A stretch of DNA of 64,000 nucleotides from an uncultured Candidatus Saccharibacteria bacterium (GTDB lineage Bacteria > Patescibacteriota > Minisyncoccia > Phycocordibacterales > UBA9973). The stretch covers positions 4,256-68,255 of the forward strand of contig CAZKPK010000003.1 in NCBI GenBank assembly GCA_964554645.1, in the 5' to 3' direction. Numbering within the stretch: position 1 is the first letter of the stretch; every line of letters starts with the position of its first letter. The notes beneath the pieces are model-generated. The model worked only from the letters and a program-made list of their open reading frames with translations, was not told the origin of the DNA and ran no database searches. The translations under genes were made by a program, and so were the position numbers. This document shows, one piece after another, positions 17,587 through 26,949 of the stretch.

Positions 17587-18642
17587 ATGTATTTAGATTT
17601 AATTAAAATCTTTGTGCCAACGACACTTGCTTTCTTTTTAGGCATTTTTCTGACGCCAGTTGCAACGCATTTTTTTTACAAATACAAAATGTGGAAAAAA
17701 TATTCTCGAAGCGCGATTACAACCGCTTCGGATTTTTCAAAAATCCATAACGAAAAAGAAGAATTAAGGACTCCGCGCGTCGGCGGGGTAATAATCTGGC
17801 TTTCCGTTCTTACAACTGTGCTTATTTTTTATTCGGCGTCAATTTTATTTCCTTTCGGGAATATTTTTGAAATGAATTTTTTAAGTCGGAACCAAACTCT
17901 AATACCTATTTTTACGCTTTTAATTGGTTCGTTGATTGGATTTTGGGATGATTTGATTCAAATTTACGGAACAGGCAAATTTTCCCGCGATGACAAGTCT
18001 TGGCGTAAATGGAAAGTTTCTCTCGTCACATTTATATCACTCATTATCGGCATTTGGTTTTTTTATAAACTGGGCATGGTATCGTTTCATGTTCCGTTTG
18101 TCGGAGAAATATATTTAGGCATTTTAATTATCCCATTTTTTATAATAGTCGCGCTGGCAACTTTTTCTGGGGGAGTAATTGACGGGATAGACGGTCTTTC
18201 TGGAGGAGTTTTGGCTTCCATTTTTGCGGCGTATTCGGCGATAGCTTATGCTAATAATCAAATAGATTTGGCGGCGTTTTCCGGAGTCATAACCGGAGCC
18301 ATTTTGGCATTTCTCTGGTTCAATATTCCGCCAGCAAGATTTTATATGGGCGAAACAGGCATTATGGGTCTTACAATTACTTTAGCGACCCTAGTATTTC
18401 TAACCGATTCGGTTTTGATTCTTCCGATTGTAGCCTTGCCCCTTGTTGTTACGTCTCTTTCCGTTATTTTGCAAATGTTTTCAAAAAAGTTCAGAGATGG
18501 CAAAAGATTATTCAGACTGGCTCCGCTTCATCATCATCTCGAAGCGATTGGCTGGTCGTCTTATAAAGTGACTATGCGTTTTTGGATTTTTTCGGTCGTC
18601 TTTGCCATTATCGGCCTAATTTTAGCGATTATCAGCCGTTAA
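17587..18642 (+). CDS. mraY: phospho-N-acetylmuramoyl-pentapeptide transferase
   Basis: Polytopic membrane protein; LAPLHHHLEAIGW motif; followed by ftsW and murG. Confidence 0.8.
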   Translation: MYLDLIKIFVPTTLAFFLGIFLTPVATHFFYKYKMWKKYSRSAITTASDFSKIHNEKEELRTPRVGGVIIWLSVLTTVLIFYSASILFPFGNIFEMNFLSRNQTLIPIFTLLIGSLIGFWDDLIQIYGTGKFSRDDKSWRKWKVSLVTFISLIIGIWFFYKLGMVSFHVPFVGEIYLGILIIPFFIIVALATFSGGVIDGIDGLSGGVLASIFAAYSAIAYANNQIDLAAFSGVITGAILAFLWFNIPPARFYMGETGIMGLTITLATLVFLTDSVLILPIVALPLVVTSLSVILQMFSKKFRDGKRLFRLAPLHHHLEAIGWSSYKVTMRFWIFSVVFAIIGLILAIISR

Positions 18643-18655
18643 ATTTTAGAGAATC

Positions 18656-19759
18656 ATGCGAGAAAAAAAGATAGACAGATTTTTTCTAACCATAGCGCTA
18701 CTTCTTATTTTTATCGGGATTGCTGTTTTTGTTTCCGCATCTTTGGGAATCCTAGCCAAGAACGAAAAAACTTTTTACTCCGTGTTATTCAATCAATTAG
18801 TCCTCGGTTTCGGTTTGGGGCTGGTCGGCATGTATTTTTGTTTAAAAATTGATTATAAATTTTGGCGCAGATATTCTTTCTTGATTTTTTTAGGCTCTAT
18901 ATTATTGACGGCATTAGTTTTTGTCCCTTATTTGGGATGGAGCCACGGCGGAGCGCAGAGATGGATACAGTTCTGGGGTTTTTCTTTTCAACCAGTGGAG
19001 ATTTTAAAATTTGGATTCGTGATTTATTTTGCAGCCTGGTTATCCTGGGTAAAAAACAAAGTGCAGGATTTTAAATTTGGAATTTTGCCGTTTAGCATAA
19101 TGCTCATAATTATCGCTGTAATTTTATTTAAACAGCCAGACACCAAAAGTTTCATTTTGATTTTAGTGACGGGGATTATCATGCTTTTTATTTCTGGAGT
19201 TTCCTTGAGATATATTTTAGGACTTGGAGCGGTAACGGCAATTGCTCTGGGAATTCTTCTTTTTTTTACGCCGTATCTCCAAGAACGAATCAAAACTTTT
19301 ATTGATCCGTCGGTTGATCCGCAGGGATCTTCTTATCAAATTCAGCAGTCGCTTATCGCGTTCGGTTCAGGCGGAATATTCGGAAGGGGATTTGGCCAAA
19401 GCATCCAAAAATTCAATTATCTTCCGGAACCGCAGGGAGATTCCATTTTTGCTGTTTTTGGGGAAGAATTCGGTTTTGTCGGAGCAAGCGCGGTGATACT
19501 TCTTTACTTGCTTTTTGCTTTGCGCGGATTTCGGATTGCTAATAATTCTCCAGATCTCTTTAGTAGACTTTTAGTCTCTGGAATTGTTATACTAATTACA
19601 GTCCAGTCATTTATGCATATTGCTTCTGTTACCGGAGTTTTTCCGCTAACCGGAGTGCCGCTTCCTTTTATGAGTCATGGAGGAACTTCGCTCCTGGTAT
19701 ATCTTATAGCCATAGGCATTGTGCTAAATGTGTCAAAGTTTAGAAAAGTTAACGAGTGA
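18656..19759 (+). CDS. ftsW: SEDS-family peptidoglycan polymerase FtsW/RodA
   Basis: LPEPQGDSIFAVFGEEFGFVGA and C-terminal SEDS motifs; 10 TM segments. Confidence 0.85.
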   Translation: MREKKIDRFFLTIALLLIFIGIAVFVSASLGILAKNEKTFYSVLFNQLVLGFGLGLVGMYFCLKIDYKFWRRYSFLIFLGSILLTALVFVPYLGWSHGGAQRWIQFWGFSFQPVEILKFGFVIYFAAWLSWVKNKVQDFKFGILPFSIMLIIIAVILFKQPDTKSFILILVTGIIMLFISGVSLRYILGLGAVTAIALGILLFFTPYLQERIKTFIDPSVDPQGSSYQIQQSLIAFGSGGIFGRGFGQSIQKFNYLPEPQGDSIFAVFGEEFGFVGASAVILLYLLFALRGFRIANNSPDLFSRLLVSGIVILITVQSFMHIASVTGVFPLTGVPLPFMSHGGTSLLVYLIAIGIVLNVSKFRKVNE

Positions 19760-19778
19760 AACGAGTATAATTTTTCTA

Positions 19779-19832
19779 CCCTGTTAAATAACTTTTGCTT
19801 CACAAAAGTTGTCCGAAGGACATTTAACAGGG
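19779..19832 (+). other. multi-stem RNA-like structure (P1 CCCTGTTAAAT/ATTTAACAGGG enclosing AACTTTTG..CAAAAGTT and GTCCgaaGGAC)
   Basis: Three nested or adjacent perfect stems in the ftsW-murG intergenic region. Confidence 0.5.
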
Positions 19833-19870
19833 TGACATTTTAAAATCGCTTCGCTCATTTAAAATTAGTC

Positions 19871-21001
19871 ATGAAAATAGTTTTTACAGGTGGGGGGACA
19901 GGCGGGCATTTTTATCCTATTATTGCTATTGTCCAAAAGGTTAATCAAATAATTGACCGGGAAAATATATTAGGAGCAAAGCTTTATTATATTTCCGATG
20001 GTCCCTATGACAAAGAAATGCTTTCTGAGAACGGGCTTTTGTATGAAGAAGTAAGTAGTGGGAAAATGCGCACCTATTTTTCTTTTAAAAATTTTACGGA
20101 TGTTTTTAAGATTTTTTTCGGCACCCTCAATGCAATTTTTAAGATATTTTCGATTTATCCAGACATTGTTTTTGGCAAAGGCGGGTATGCTTCATTTCCA
20201 ACAATTTTAGCCGCCAGAATTTTGCATATCCCCGTTTTAATCCACGAGTCGGATTCTGTTCCCGGTCGGGTAAATAAGTGGGCCGGACATTTTGCAAAAA
20301 AAATTGCCGTTTCCTTTCTAGGAGCGGCTGATTATTTTCCGAAAAAAAAAGTCGCTTGGACGGGTCAGCCGATCAGGACTGAAATAGAAAGTCCCGCTCC
20401 CAGAAAAGAGGCGTTTAAATATTTTAAATTGGAAGAAGACATACCGGTTATTTTAGTTTTGGGAGGCTCTCAGGGCGCCGAACTTGTTAATAATACTATT
20501 TTGGATGCATTGCCGAGGCTGGTCAATAATTATCAAATTATCCATCAAACCGGTGTCAGGAATTTTGACATGGTTGCAAATAGAGCTGAAGTGGTGCTGG
20601 CTGACAATCAGTATAAATTAAGATATTTATCTATGCCTTTCCTTGGTCCTTTGCCTCTGAAAATGGCTGCTGGCGTAGCGACCATCGTTGTTTCCAGAGC
20701 TGGTTCAATGTTGTTTGAAATAGCCTCTTGGGGTGTGCCGTCCATTTTGATACCGATAACCAATACAAATATGGATCATCAGAAAAAAAACGCTTTTAAT
20801 TATGCTCGAGCGGGAGCTTGCAGCGTGATTGAAGAAATGAATATGACGGCTAATATTTTGAGTTCAGAAATTGAAAGAATTACCGGGGACAAGGCAAACT
20901 ATGAAGCGATGACGCGAAACGCCAAAGCTTTCAATAAACCCGATGCCGCCATGAAAATTGCCCGCGTGTTAGTGGATGTAGCTTTGAGCCACGAGAAATA
21001 A
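19871..21001 (+). CDS. murG: UDP-GlcNAc:lipid I N-acetylglucosaminyltransferase MurG
   Basis: N-terminal GGGTGGHFYP motif; GT28 architecture. Confidence 0.85.
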   Translation: MKIVFTGGGTGGHFYPIIAIVQKVNQIIDRENILGAKLYYISDGPYDKEMLSENGLLYEEVSSGKMRTYFSFKNFTDVFKIFFGTLNAIFKIFSIYPDIVFGKGGYASFPTILAARILHIPVLIHESDSVPGRVNKWAGHFAKKIAVSFLGAADYFPKKKVAWTGQPIRTEIESPAPRKEAFKYFKLEEDIPVILVLGGSQGAELVNNTILDALPRLVNNYQIIHQTGVRNFDMVANRAEVVLADNQYKLRYLSMPFLGPLPLKMAAGVATIVVSRAGSMLFEIASWGVPSILIPITNTNMDHQKKNAFNYARAGACSVIEEMNMTANILSSEIERITGDKANYEAMTRNAKAFNKPDAAMKIARVLVDVALSHEK

Positions 21002-21017
21002 ATGCTAAAATGTCCAC

Positions 21018-22325
21018 ATGGACACCAAAGTTGTAACTAGATTCGCGCCGTCGCCGACGGGTCAGTTTCATTTGGGCGGGGTTCGTTCGGCTCTGTATAA
21101 TTATCTTTTTGCCAAGCAAAATAAAGGCGTGTATATACTTCGCAGTGAAGATACCGACAAAGAACGGTCTAAAAAAGAGTATGAAGATGGTTTTTTAGAA
21201 CTTTTTGAGTGGTTGGGATTAAAACCGGACCAGTTTTTCAGGCAATCGGAACGAACAGAAATATATAAAAAATATCTGGAAAAAATGATTGCGGATGGTT
21301 TTGCTTATGTTTCAAAAGAAGAAATAAAAGAAGCAGGGCAGAGGAGTGAAGTAATTCGTTTTAAGAATCCAAACAAAAAAATCATTTTCAGTGATCTTGT
21401 TTTGGGCGAAATTAGTTTTGACACAACAGATTTGAAAGATTTCGTGATTGCCAGAAGTCTGACTGAACCGCTCTATCATTTGACGGTGGTGGTGGATGAT
21501 TATGAAATGGCAGTCACTCATGTCATACGCGGACAGGAGCATATTGCCAATACGCCACGGCAGATCCTTATTCAGGAAGCCATCGGTGCAAAACGACCAT
21601 TTTACGCTCATCTGCCTCTTATTTTAGGCAAAGACCGGGCGAAACTTTCCAAGAGGGATCCGGAAGTAATACCCGCTTTGGAATATAGGGATTTAGGGTA
21701 TTTACCGGCAGCCATTATAAATTTTATGGCGCTGATTGGATGGAATCCCGGCGGAGAACAGGAAATTTTCACGCTTGCCGAACTTATAGAGAAATTTGAT
21801 ATACATAAAATACAAAAAAGCGGGGGAGTGTTTAATTCTGAAAAACTTGATTGGATTAACAAAGAGCATATGAAATTGCTTCCGGCAAAGGAAATAGAAA
21901 AAAATATTTTAAAACGATTGCCGGAAAATATGCGAAATCCTAAACTTGTTCCGGTTATTTTTGAACGGATTGCAAAATGGGACGATATAAGAGAAATGGT
22001 TCAAAGAGGGGAGTTGAATTTCTTTTTTCAACATCCGGAATATTCAAAAGAAAAACTTTTATATAAAAATTCTTCGCCGAAGAAAATTGCTGACAATTTA
22101 AAATTAGCGATTAAGGCTCTAGAAGAATTGAGTGAAAAAGATTTTATAAAAGAAAATATAAAAAAGGTTTTGTTGAAAGTGGCTGATGATTTAGAGAACC
22201 GAGGCGAATTGCTGCACCCTGCGCGTTTCGCGTTATCAGGTCTAGATCAATCTCCAGACCCTTTTACCATAGCAGAGATTTTAGGAAGAAATGAAACTTT
22301 GTCCAGATTACAAAAAGCTGTTTAG
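21018..22325 (+). CDS. gltX: glutamyl-tRNA synthetase
   Basis: RFAPSPTGQFHLGG (HIGH) and KLSKR (KMSKS) class I motifs. Confidence 0.9.
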   Translation: MDTKVVTRFAPSPTGQFHLGGVRSALYNYLFAKQNKGVYILRSEDTDKERSKKEYEDGFLELFEWLGLKPDQFFRQSERTEIYKKYLEKMIADGFAYVSKEEIKEAGQRSEVIRFKNPNKKIIFSDLVLGEISFDTTDLKDFVIARSLTEPLYHLTVVVDDYEMAVTHVIRGQEHIANTPRQILIQEAIGAKRPFYAHLPLILGKDRAKLSKRDPEVIPALEYRDLGYLPAAIINFMALIGWNPGGEQEIFTLAELIEKFDIHKIQKSGGVFNSEKLDWINKEHMKLLPAKEIEKNILKRLPENMRNPKLVPVIFERIAKWDDIREMVQRGELNFFFQHPEYSKEKLLYKNSSPKKIADNLKLAIKALEELSEKDFIKENIKKVLLKVADDLENRGELLHPARFALSGLDQSPDPFTIAEILGRNETLSRLQKAV

Positions 22326-23580
22326 CATAATAGTTTTTATAACTTTGGTCACAGCGCCATTGATGTTTTCTTCTGCGCAGACGGTCGTTGATTTGCAAAA
22401 TAAAATCAGCCAAAAAAATTCCGATATAGATACCTTGGAACAAGAAATAGCGGCTTTTCAATCACAACTTGATAACTTGGGAAAACAAAAAAACTCTCTG
22501 AATAAATCAATCCAAGAACTCGATTTGACCCGGAAAAAATTAAATGCGGATATTGCTGTAACGCAAAAAAAAATTGATAAAACAAATTTCGAAATACAGG
22601 GCTTGAGTTCCGATATAAGCAGTAAAGAGAAATCTATTTCCAACAACATAGAATCTATCTCTCTGGGCATTAGGAATACGAATGAATTTGAAGAAAGCAA
22701 CATACTGGCCACTTTATTATCGGAAAATGATTTCACTGTTATTTGGAATGATCTAGATAATATAGCCGCTATTCGTGAAAAAATCAGAGATCATATAATT
22801 GAATTAAAACAAATAAAAGGTGAATTGGAAGATACCAGAAAAGAAACTATTGATGCGAAAAATGAACTTATTTTTCTTAAGTCCAAACTTGCGGATCAGC
22901 ATAAAATGGTAGTGCAAAACGCAAATGAAAAAAGCAAACTGTTAAAACAGACAAAAAACAATGAAGCTAATTACCAAAAATTGCTCAAAGACCGGCTTGC
23001 CAAAAAGGATGCGTTTGAGAAAGAACTGCGCGATTACGAAGCGCAATTGCAGTTTACTCTTGACCCATCCAAGCTTCCTTCCGCCGGAGTCCTAAGCTGG
23101 CCGCTCGATAAAATATACGTTACGCAAATGTTCGGGAAAACAGCTGATTCAAAAAGGCTTTATACTTCGGGAAGCCATAGCGGCACGGATTTTCGGGCCT
23201 CGGTTGGCACTCCAGTGAAAGCGATGGCCGATGGAGTAGTTTTGGGCACTGGCAATACTGATGATACCTGTGTTGGCACATCATTTGGCAAATGGATACT
23301 TATAAAATATAATAACGGTCTGGCAAGCGCTTATGGGCATTTATCTCTGATAAAGGCATTTGAGGGGCAGAAGGTGGCAAAAGGAGATGTTGTGGGTTAC
23401 AGCGGCAATACGGGGCATACAACAGGACCCCATCTGCATGTGTCGGTTTATGCGGGTAATGCGGTTAGCGTGCAAAAAAGGCCAAGCACGACCTGTGAGG
23501 GCAGGGTATATATTATGCCGATCGCTCCCGTTAATGCTTATTTTGACCCGCTTTATTATTTGCCAAAGTTGCCTTATTAG
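22291..23580 (+). CDS. M23 peptidase with N-terminal coiled-coil (EnvC-like)
   Basis: Signal/TM segment, long coiled-coil, C-terminal HSGTDF...GHTTGPHLH M23 motifs; the exact start is uncertain. Confidence 0.75.
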   Translation: MKLCPDYKKLFSIIVFITLVTAPLMFSSAQTVVDLQNKISQKNSDIDTLEQEIAAFQSQLDNLGKQKNSLNKSIQELDLTRKKLNADIAVTQKKIDKTNFEIQGLSSDISSKEKSISNNIESISLGIRNTNEFEESNILATLLSENDFTVIWNDLDNIAAIREKIRDHIIELKQIKGELEDTRKETIDAKNELIFLKSKLADQHKMVVQNANEKSKLLKQTKNNEANYQKLLKDRLAKKDAFEKELRDYEAQLQFTLDPSKLPSAGVLSWPLDKIYVTQMFGKTADSKRLYTSGSHSGTDFRASVGTPVKAMADGVVLGTGNTDDTCVGTSFGKWILIKYNNGLASAYGHLSLIKAFEGQKVAKGDVVGYSGNTGHTTGPHLHVSVYAGNAVSVQKRPSTTCEGRVYIMPIAPVNAYFDPLYYLPKLPY

Positions 23581-23588
23581 TTAAAATA

Positions 23589-23666
23589 AAAAAGTAAATA
23601 TAAAATTTTTCTGGGAGCAAAAAAGAATCCAGTTGCTCCAGGCGAAAAACTTTATATTTACTTTTT
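23589..23666. repeat. nested palindrome AAAAAGTAAATATAAA...GGAGCAA-loop-TTGCTCC...TTTATATTTACTTTTT
   Basis: 16-bp perfect outer inverted repeat enclosing a 7-bp GC hairpin. Confidence 0.7.
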
Positions 23667-23682
23667 TAAAAAAATTTAAGTT

Positions 23683-24378
23683 ATGGAAAAAAATTTGCCA
23701 AACAAAGGTAAAAATCTGGTAATAAAAGTTAAGGAAAAAAGTTACGAGCGTATTCCGATAAAAACGCACGTCATTACAAAAAATGATGAAATAATTGACG
23801 TTGCGCTTAAATACGCCAGTCCGCGCCTCAAGGAGAATGATCTTGTTTTTATAAGCGAGAGGGTAGTGGCGATTACCCAAGACAGAGCATTTCCTATAAA
23901 AGATATCCATCCCTCCGGTTTGGCAAAATTTTTAGTTAAATTTGTGCGCAAGTCGCCTCACGGAATCGGGCTTGGCAGTCCGTGGACGATGGAACTAGCC
24001 ATCAGAGACGCTGGCGCAACGAGAATACTTTTCGCGGCTCTTTGTTCCGCCTTCACCAAACCATTTGGCTGGAGGGGCGTATTTTATAAAGTTGTCGGCA
24101 GAAATATTAATGCCATTGATGGTCCGTGTTCCTATACGATTGCGCCTTATAATGAATACGCCAAATTAGGACCGTCTAATCCAGATAAAGTTGCCAGAGA
24201 TATTAAATCTAAAATAAAAAATGATTGCGTGATAATTGATGCTAACGATCTTGGAGTGAATGTTTTGGGCCGTTCAAATGAGAAAACATCAAACGCCTTT
24301 TGCGCTGCGGTGTTTAAGGATAATCCCTTGGGACAAGCGTCAGAGCAGACGCCTATTTGCATTGTCCGAGCCTTATAG
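23683..24378 (+). CDS. CofE-like (F420-0:gamma-glutamyl ligase family) protein
   Basis: LVFISERVVAITQDRAFPI and VIIDANDLGVNVLG resemble conserved CofE blocks. Confidence 0.45.
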   Translation: MEKNLPNKGKNLVIKVKEKSYERIPIKTHVITKNDEIIDVALKYASPRLKENDLVFISERVVAITQDRAFPIKDIHPSGLAKFLVKFVRKSPHGIGLGSPWTMELAIRDAGATRILFAALCSAFTKPFGWRGVFYKVVGRNINAIDGPCSYTIAPYNEYAKLGPSNPDKVARDIKSKIKNDCVIIDANDLGVNVLGRSNEKTSNAFCAAVFKDNPLGQASEQTPICIVRAL

Positions 24379-24397
24379 TTTATGATAAAATGAAGCT

Positions 24398-24634
24398 ATG
24401 AAAAATATTAAAAAAATACCAGCCCAAGGCTGGTCCGCCTCAGGCGGAAAAAATAAAAAAAGCGGCTTTTTAAAATTAATCATTGTTATAATCATTGCTC
24501 TTCTTTTGATGCGTTATTTTCATATTACCATATCCGACATTTTAAATTATTTTCAGCTTTCTTGGTCTGAAGTTATCGATTGGCTCAAAAAGGCTCTAAA
24601 CTGGCTCAAAGATTTATTTAATAGTGTGAAGTAA
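24398..24634 (+). CDS. small membrane protein; its N-terminus is encoded by a family D palindrome
   Basis: One TM segment; N-terminal PAQGWSASGGKNKK derives from the repeat. Confidence 0.3.
   Translation: MKNIKKIPAQGWSASGGKNKKSGFLKLIIVIIIALLLMRYFHITISDILNYFQLSWSEVIDWLKKALNWLKDLFNSVK
24419..24452. repeat. family D GC-rich palindrome (degenerate copy)
   Basis: CCAGCCcaaGGCTGG + TCCGCCTCAGGCGGA + A-run. Confidence 0.6.
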
Positions 24635-24649
24635 GATTTAAAATTGGAA

Positions 24650-24724
24650 CACAGATTGTGCGAGCATTAAAATAATGTCGCACAATCTGTGTTATCTTTT
24701 AGGTCGTATATATACGACCTAAAA
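24650..24724. terminator. two adjacent strong hairpins (CACAGATTGTGCGA..TCGCACAATCTGTG and TTTTAGGTCGTATA/TATACGACCTAAAA) between convergent genes
   Basis: 15-bp and 14-bp stems flanked by T- and A-runs; likely bidirectional. Confidence 0.65.
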
Positions 24725-24746
24725 GATATATTGTGCGACGTGGATT

Positions 24747-25151
24747 CTATCTGCACGAGTTCGAAAGCTCATATCCGGCCTTTTGCGCCTCTTCCCCTGT
24801 CGCGAAATAAACTCTATTTTCTTGTTTGATAGTTTTGCCGGCCGAACAGCCGATGGAATAATATTTTATTCCTCTATTTGAGGCAAAGAAATTTTTTCCA
24901 GCAGAATTTGAAATTATTGGAGAAATTTTTGTATCTATCCCTAATGAATTTTGAGACAAAATGGCGTTTGCAGATTGGTTTTCTGTTTGGTCTGGATATT
25001 CTATTTTTATGCCTGAAGCAGTATTTTCTTTAGATAATCTGCCCAATTCAAACGAGCTCAAACCCACTAGGATAACAATAATGACAATTAAAATATCTTT
25101 TCCCTTCTCGGATTCTATCCAGTTTTTTATGATTGGCTTGATTTTTTCCAT
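24747..25151 (-). CDS. membrane-anchored protein with C-terminal Ada-like metal-binding domain
   Basis: N-terminal TM segment; C-terminal YYSIGCSAGKTIKQENRVYFATGEEAQKAGYELSNSC motif. Confidence 0.4.
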   Translation of the reverse strand: MEKIKPIIKNWIESEKGKDILIVIIVILVGLSSFELGRLSKENTASGIKIEYPDQTENQSANAILSQNSLGIDTKISPIISNSAGKNFFASNRGIKYYSIGCSAGKTIKQENRVYFATGEEAQKAGYELSNSCR

Positions 25152-25230
25152 AGAATGAATTATACTTGATTTTGTTATTGCATTATATAATAACTAGCTC
25201 CCAGAAGCTATAACTTAGAACCTAATTTAT

Positions 25231-25506
25231 ATGGCACATAGAAAAGCCGGCGGGACCGCCAAAAACTTAAGAGATTCGCAACCTAAATACCTCGGTATTA
25301 AGCTTTCCGACGGGCAAAAAGCCCAATCTGGTTCTATTATCGTTCGTCAACGCGGAACAGTTGTTATGGCTGGCAATAATGTCGGTTTAGGCAAAGATCA
25401 CACTCTTTTTGCTCTCAAAAACGGCACCGTCAAATTCGGCTCTAGACGCAAAATTTCTTTTAACGGCAAAACCGCAGTCAAAAAAGTGGTGAATGTTGTA
25501 ATCTAA
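25231..25506 (+). CDS. rpmA: 50S ribosomal protein L27
   Basis: [22 protein letters not shown]...IIVRQRGT...GKDHTLFA is a canonical L27. Confidence 0.9.
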   Translation: MAHRKAGGTAKNLRDSQPKYLGIKLSDGQKAQSGSIIVRQRGTVVMAGNNVGLGKDHTLFALKNGTVKFGSRRKISFNGKTAVKKVVNVVI

Positions 25507-25529
25507 TACATAGGAGTTTCCTATGTATT
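25505..25529. terminator. hairpin AATACATAGGA-loop-TCCTATGTATT
   Basis: 11-bp stem directly after the rpmA stop. Confidence 0.5.
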
Positions 25530-26339
25530 TCTAAATAATTGTGTCGCGGAAGGTAATTTTTCCGGCGCGCCAGTTTTTTTATGCAATCTTATAACTGTTG
25601 GAGTTACCTGAATATCAATTTCCGGGAATCTGTCTCTAATAGCAGTTGCCCAGTTTTCTATTTTTGTTGTTATTGTCGTGTTGCTTAAATCTGCAATATA
25701 ATTGTATTGAATAAACATAAGACCATTTACATTTAATATATTGTACCAATTTCTGAAGATACGGTCTAAAATGGCCGGATTTTTATTAATGTAATCAAGG
25801 GGGTTTACCATTCTAGATATTATTAAATCGATTTTATTTGCGCCAAGTTTCTGGATAACCTTGATAAGGACCTCAGTATTTATTGGGTCTGTTATATTTC
25901 CTGTTATTACAGAGTGATTCCTTCCTTCGTCTTCTTCTTTTTGTTTTTCTTCTCGTATATCCTTCAAACAGACACCCACTGTTTGTCTAAAAAAAAGAGG
26001 TGTAAAACCTCTAAAGAGTCGAGACCCAGGTCCACCAAACTCTGCCGCGCATAAATCTTGTTTTTTTCCTTTGGGAGTCAGTGTTTTTTCTATGTATTCT
26101 TTTAAAATTTTTTCTGTGTTATTTTTTGAACTATCCACTAAATTTGTCCAGTTGGGTAAGGATTGTAAAAAAGTATGTCCGAATCCTTCAAATCCTTCAA
26201 GACGTGAATCGTAGATAGGCCATTCTTCTTCTTTATGAGAGTATCCTCCAGTTTCTCCCACGGTTTCTTTTGTTAGATTCTGGTTTATCTTTAAGGCTTT
26301 TCTTATTTCTCCAATTTTAACTTTTATTCCTTCTTTCAT
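25521..26339 (-). CDS. hypothetical protein (possible SAM-methyltransferase-like GxGxG region)
   Basis: 272-aa ORF; DLCAAEFGGPGSRL is weakly reminiscent of MTase motif I. Confidence 0.35.
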   Translation of the reverse strand: MKEGIKVKIGEIRKALKINQNLTKETVGETGGYSHKEEEWPIYDSRLEGFEGFGHTFLQSLPNWTNLVDSSKNNTEKILKEYIEKTLTPKGKKQDLCAAEFGGPGSRLFRGFTPLFFRQTVGVCLKDIREEKQKEEDEGRNHSVITGNITDPINTEVLIKVIQKLGANKIDLIISRMVNPLDYINKNPAILDRIFRNWYNILNVNGLMFIQYNYIADLSNTTITTKIENWATAIRDRFPEIDIQVTPTVIRLHKKTGAPEKLPSATQLFRNT

Positions 26340-26418
26340 AGTTTTTTATTTTACTTTATTTAACTAAAGTAATTATATTATCAGAAACATTGTTAGGTTT
26401 TTCCGTCATCTTTCAATC

Positions 26419-26892
26419 TTAAATTTTTTCCACCATTAGTTTAAACGAAGATTTTTTACCTTTTCCGCCAGAGGCGGACCCGCCTTGGGCGGGGATTTCT
26501 ACTGGAATTTCATGTTCCCCTATCGCTTTAATTGGTTTTTCTAAAACAATAAATTCCTCGCCAATATCCGCGTGATTTTGTTCTTTCATCGCTTCGATAA
26601 TTTCTTTCTTGTGAATGGCGGAAAAAAGATGTCCCAGCTCATTTGCTTTTCCTTTTAGGGTAATAGTTTTGCCTTTTATTTCTTCCAAATTTTTTAGGAG
26701 CAAACTTTCCCGCACTTCCCTTTCAATCGTGATCTCCTTTTTGCGCATTTCAAGCTCTGCCACAGCCTTTGGTGTGGCGACGACAGCCAATTTTTTAGGC
26801 AACAAAAAATTTACCGCATAGCCGTCGTTGACTTCCTTTAGGTCATACTTTTTCCCCACTCTTGGTATATCTTGTAAAAATATTATTCGCAT
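26419..26892 (-). CDS. rplI: 50S ribosomal protein L9; C-terminal region carries a family D repeat-encoded insert
   Basis: MRIIFLQDIPRVGKKYDLKEVNDGYAVNFLLP N-terminal domain and L9 C-terminal domain; AQGGSASGGK is encoded by the palindrome at 26461-26497. Confidence 0.85.
   Translation of the reverse strand: MRIIFLQDIPRVGKKYDLKEVNDGYAVNFLLPKKLAVVATPKAVAELEMRKKEITIEREVRESLLLKNLEEIKGKTITLKGKANELGHLFSAIHKKEIIEAMKEQNHADIGEEFIVLEKPIKAIGEHEIPVEIPAQGGSASGGKGKKSSFKLMVEKI
26461..26497. repeat. family D GC-rich palindrome TTTTCCGCCAGAGGCGGACCCGCCTTGGGCGGGGA
   Basis: CCGCC-N3-GGCGG twin hairpins; lies inside the rplI 3' coding region. Confidence 0.75.
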
Positions 26893-26949
26893 TGAATTAG
26901 TTGCTAGTGGCTAGAGATTTTTAATTCTCTAAAACCTAGAAACTAGAAC

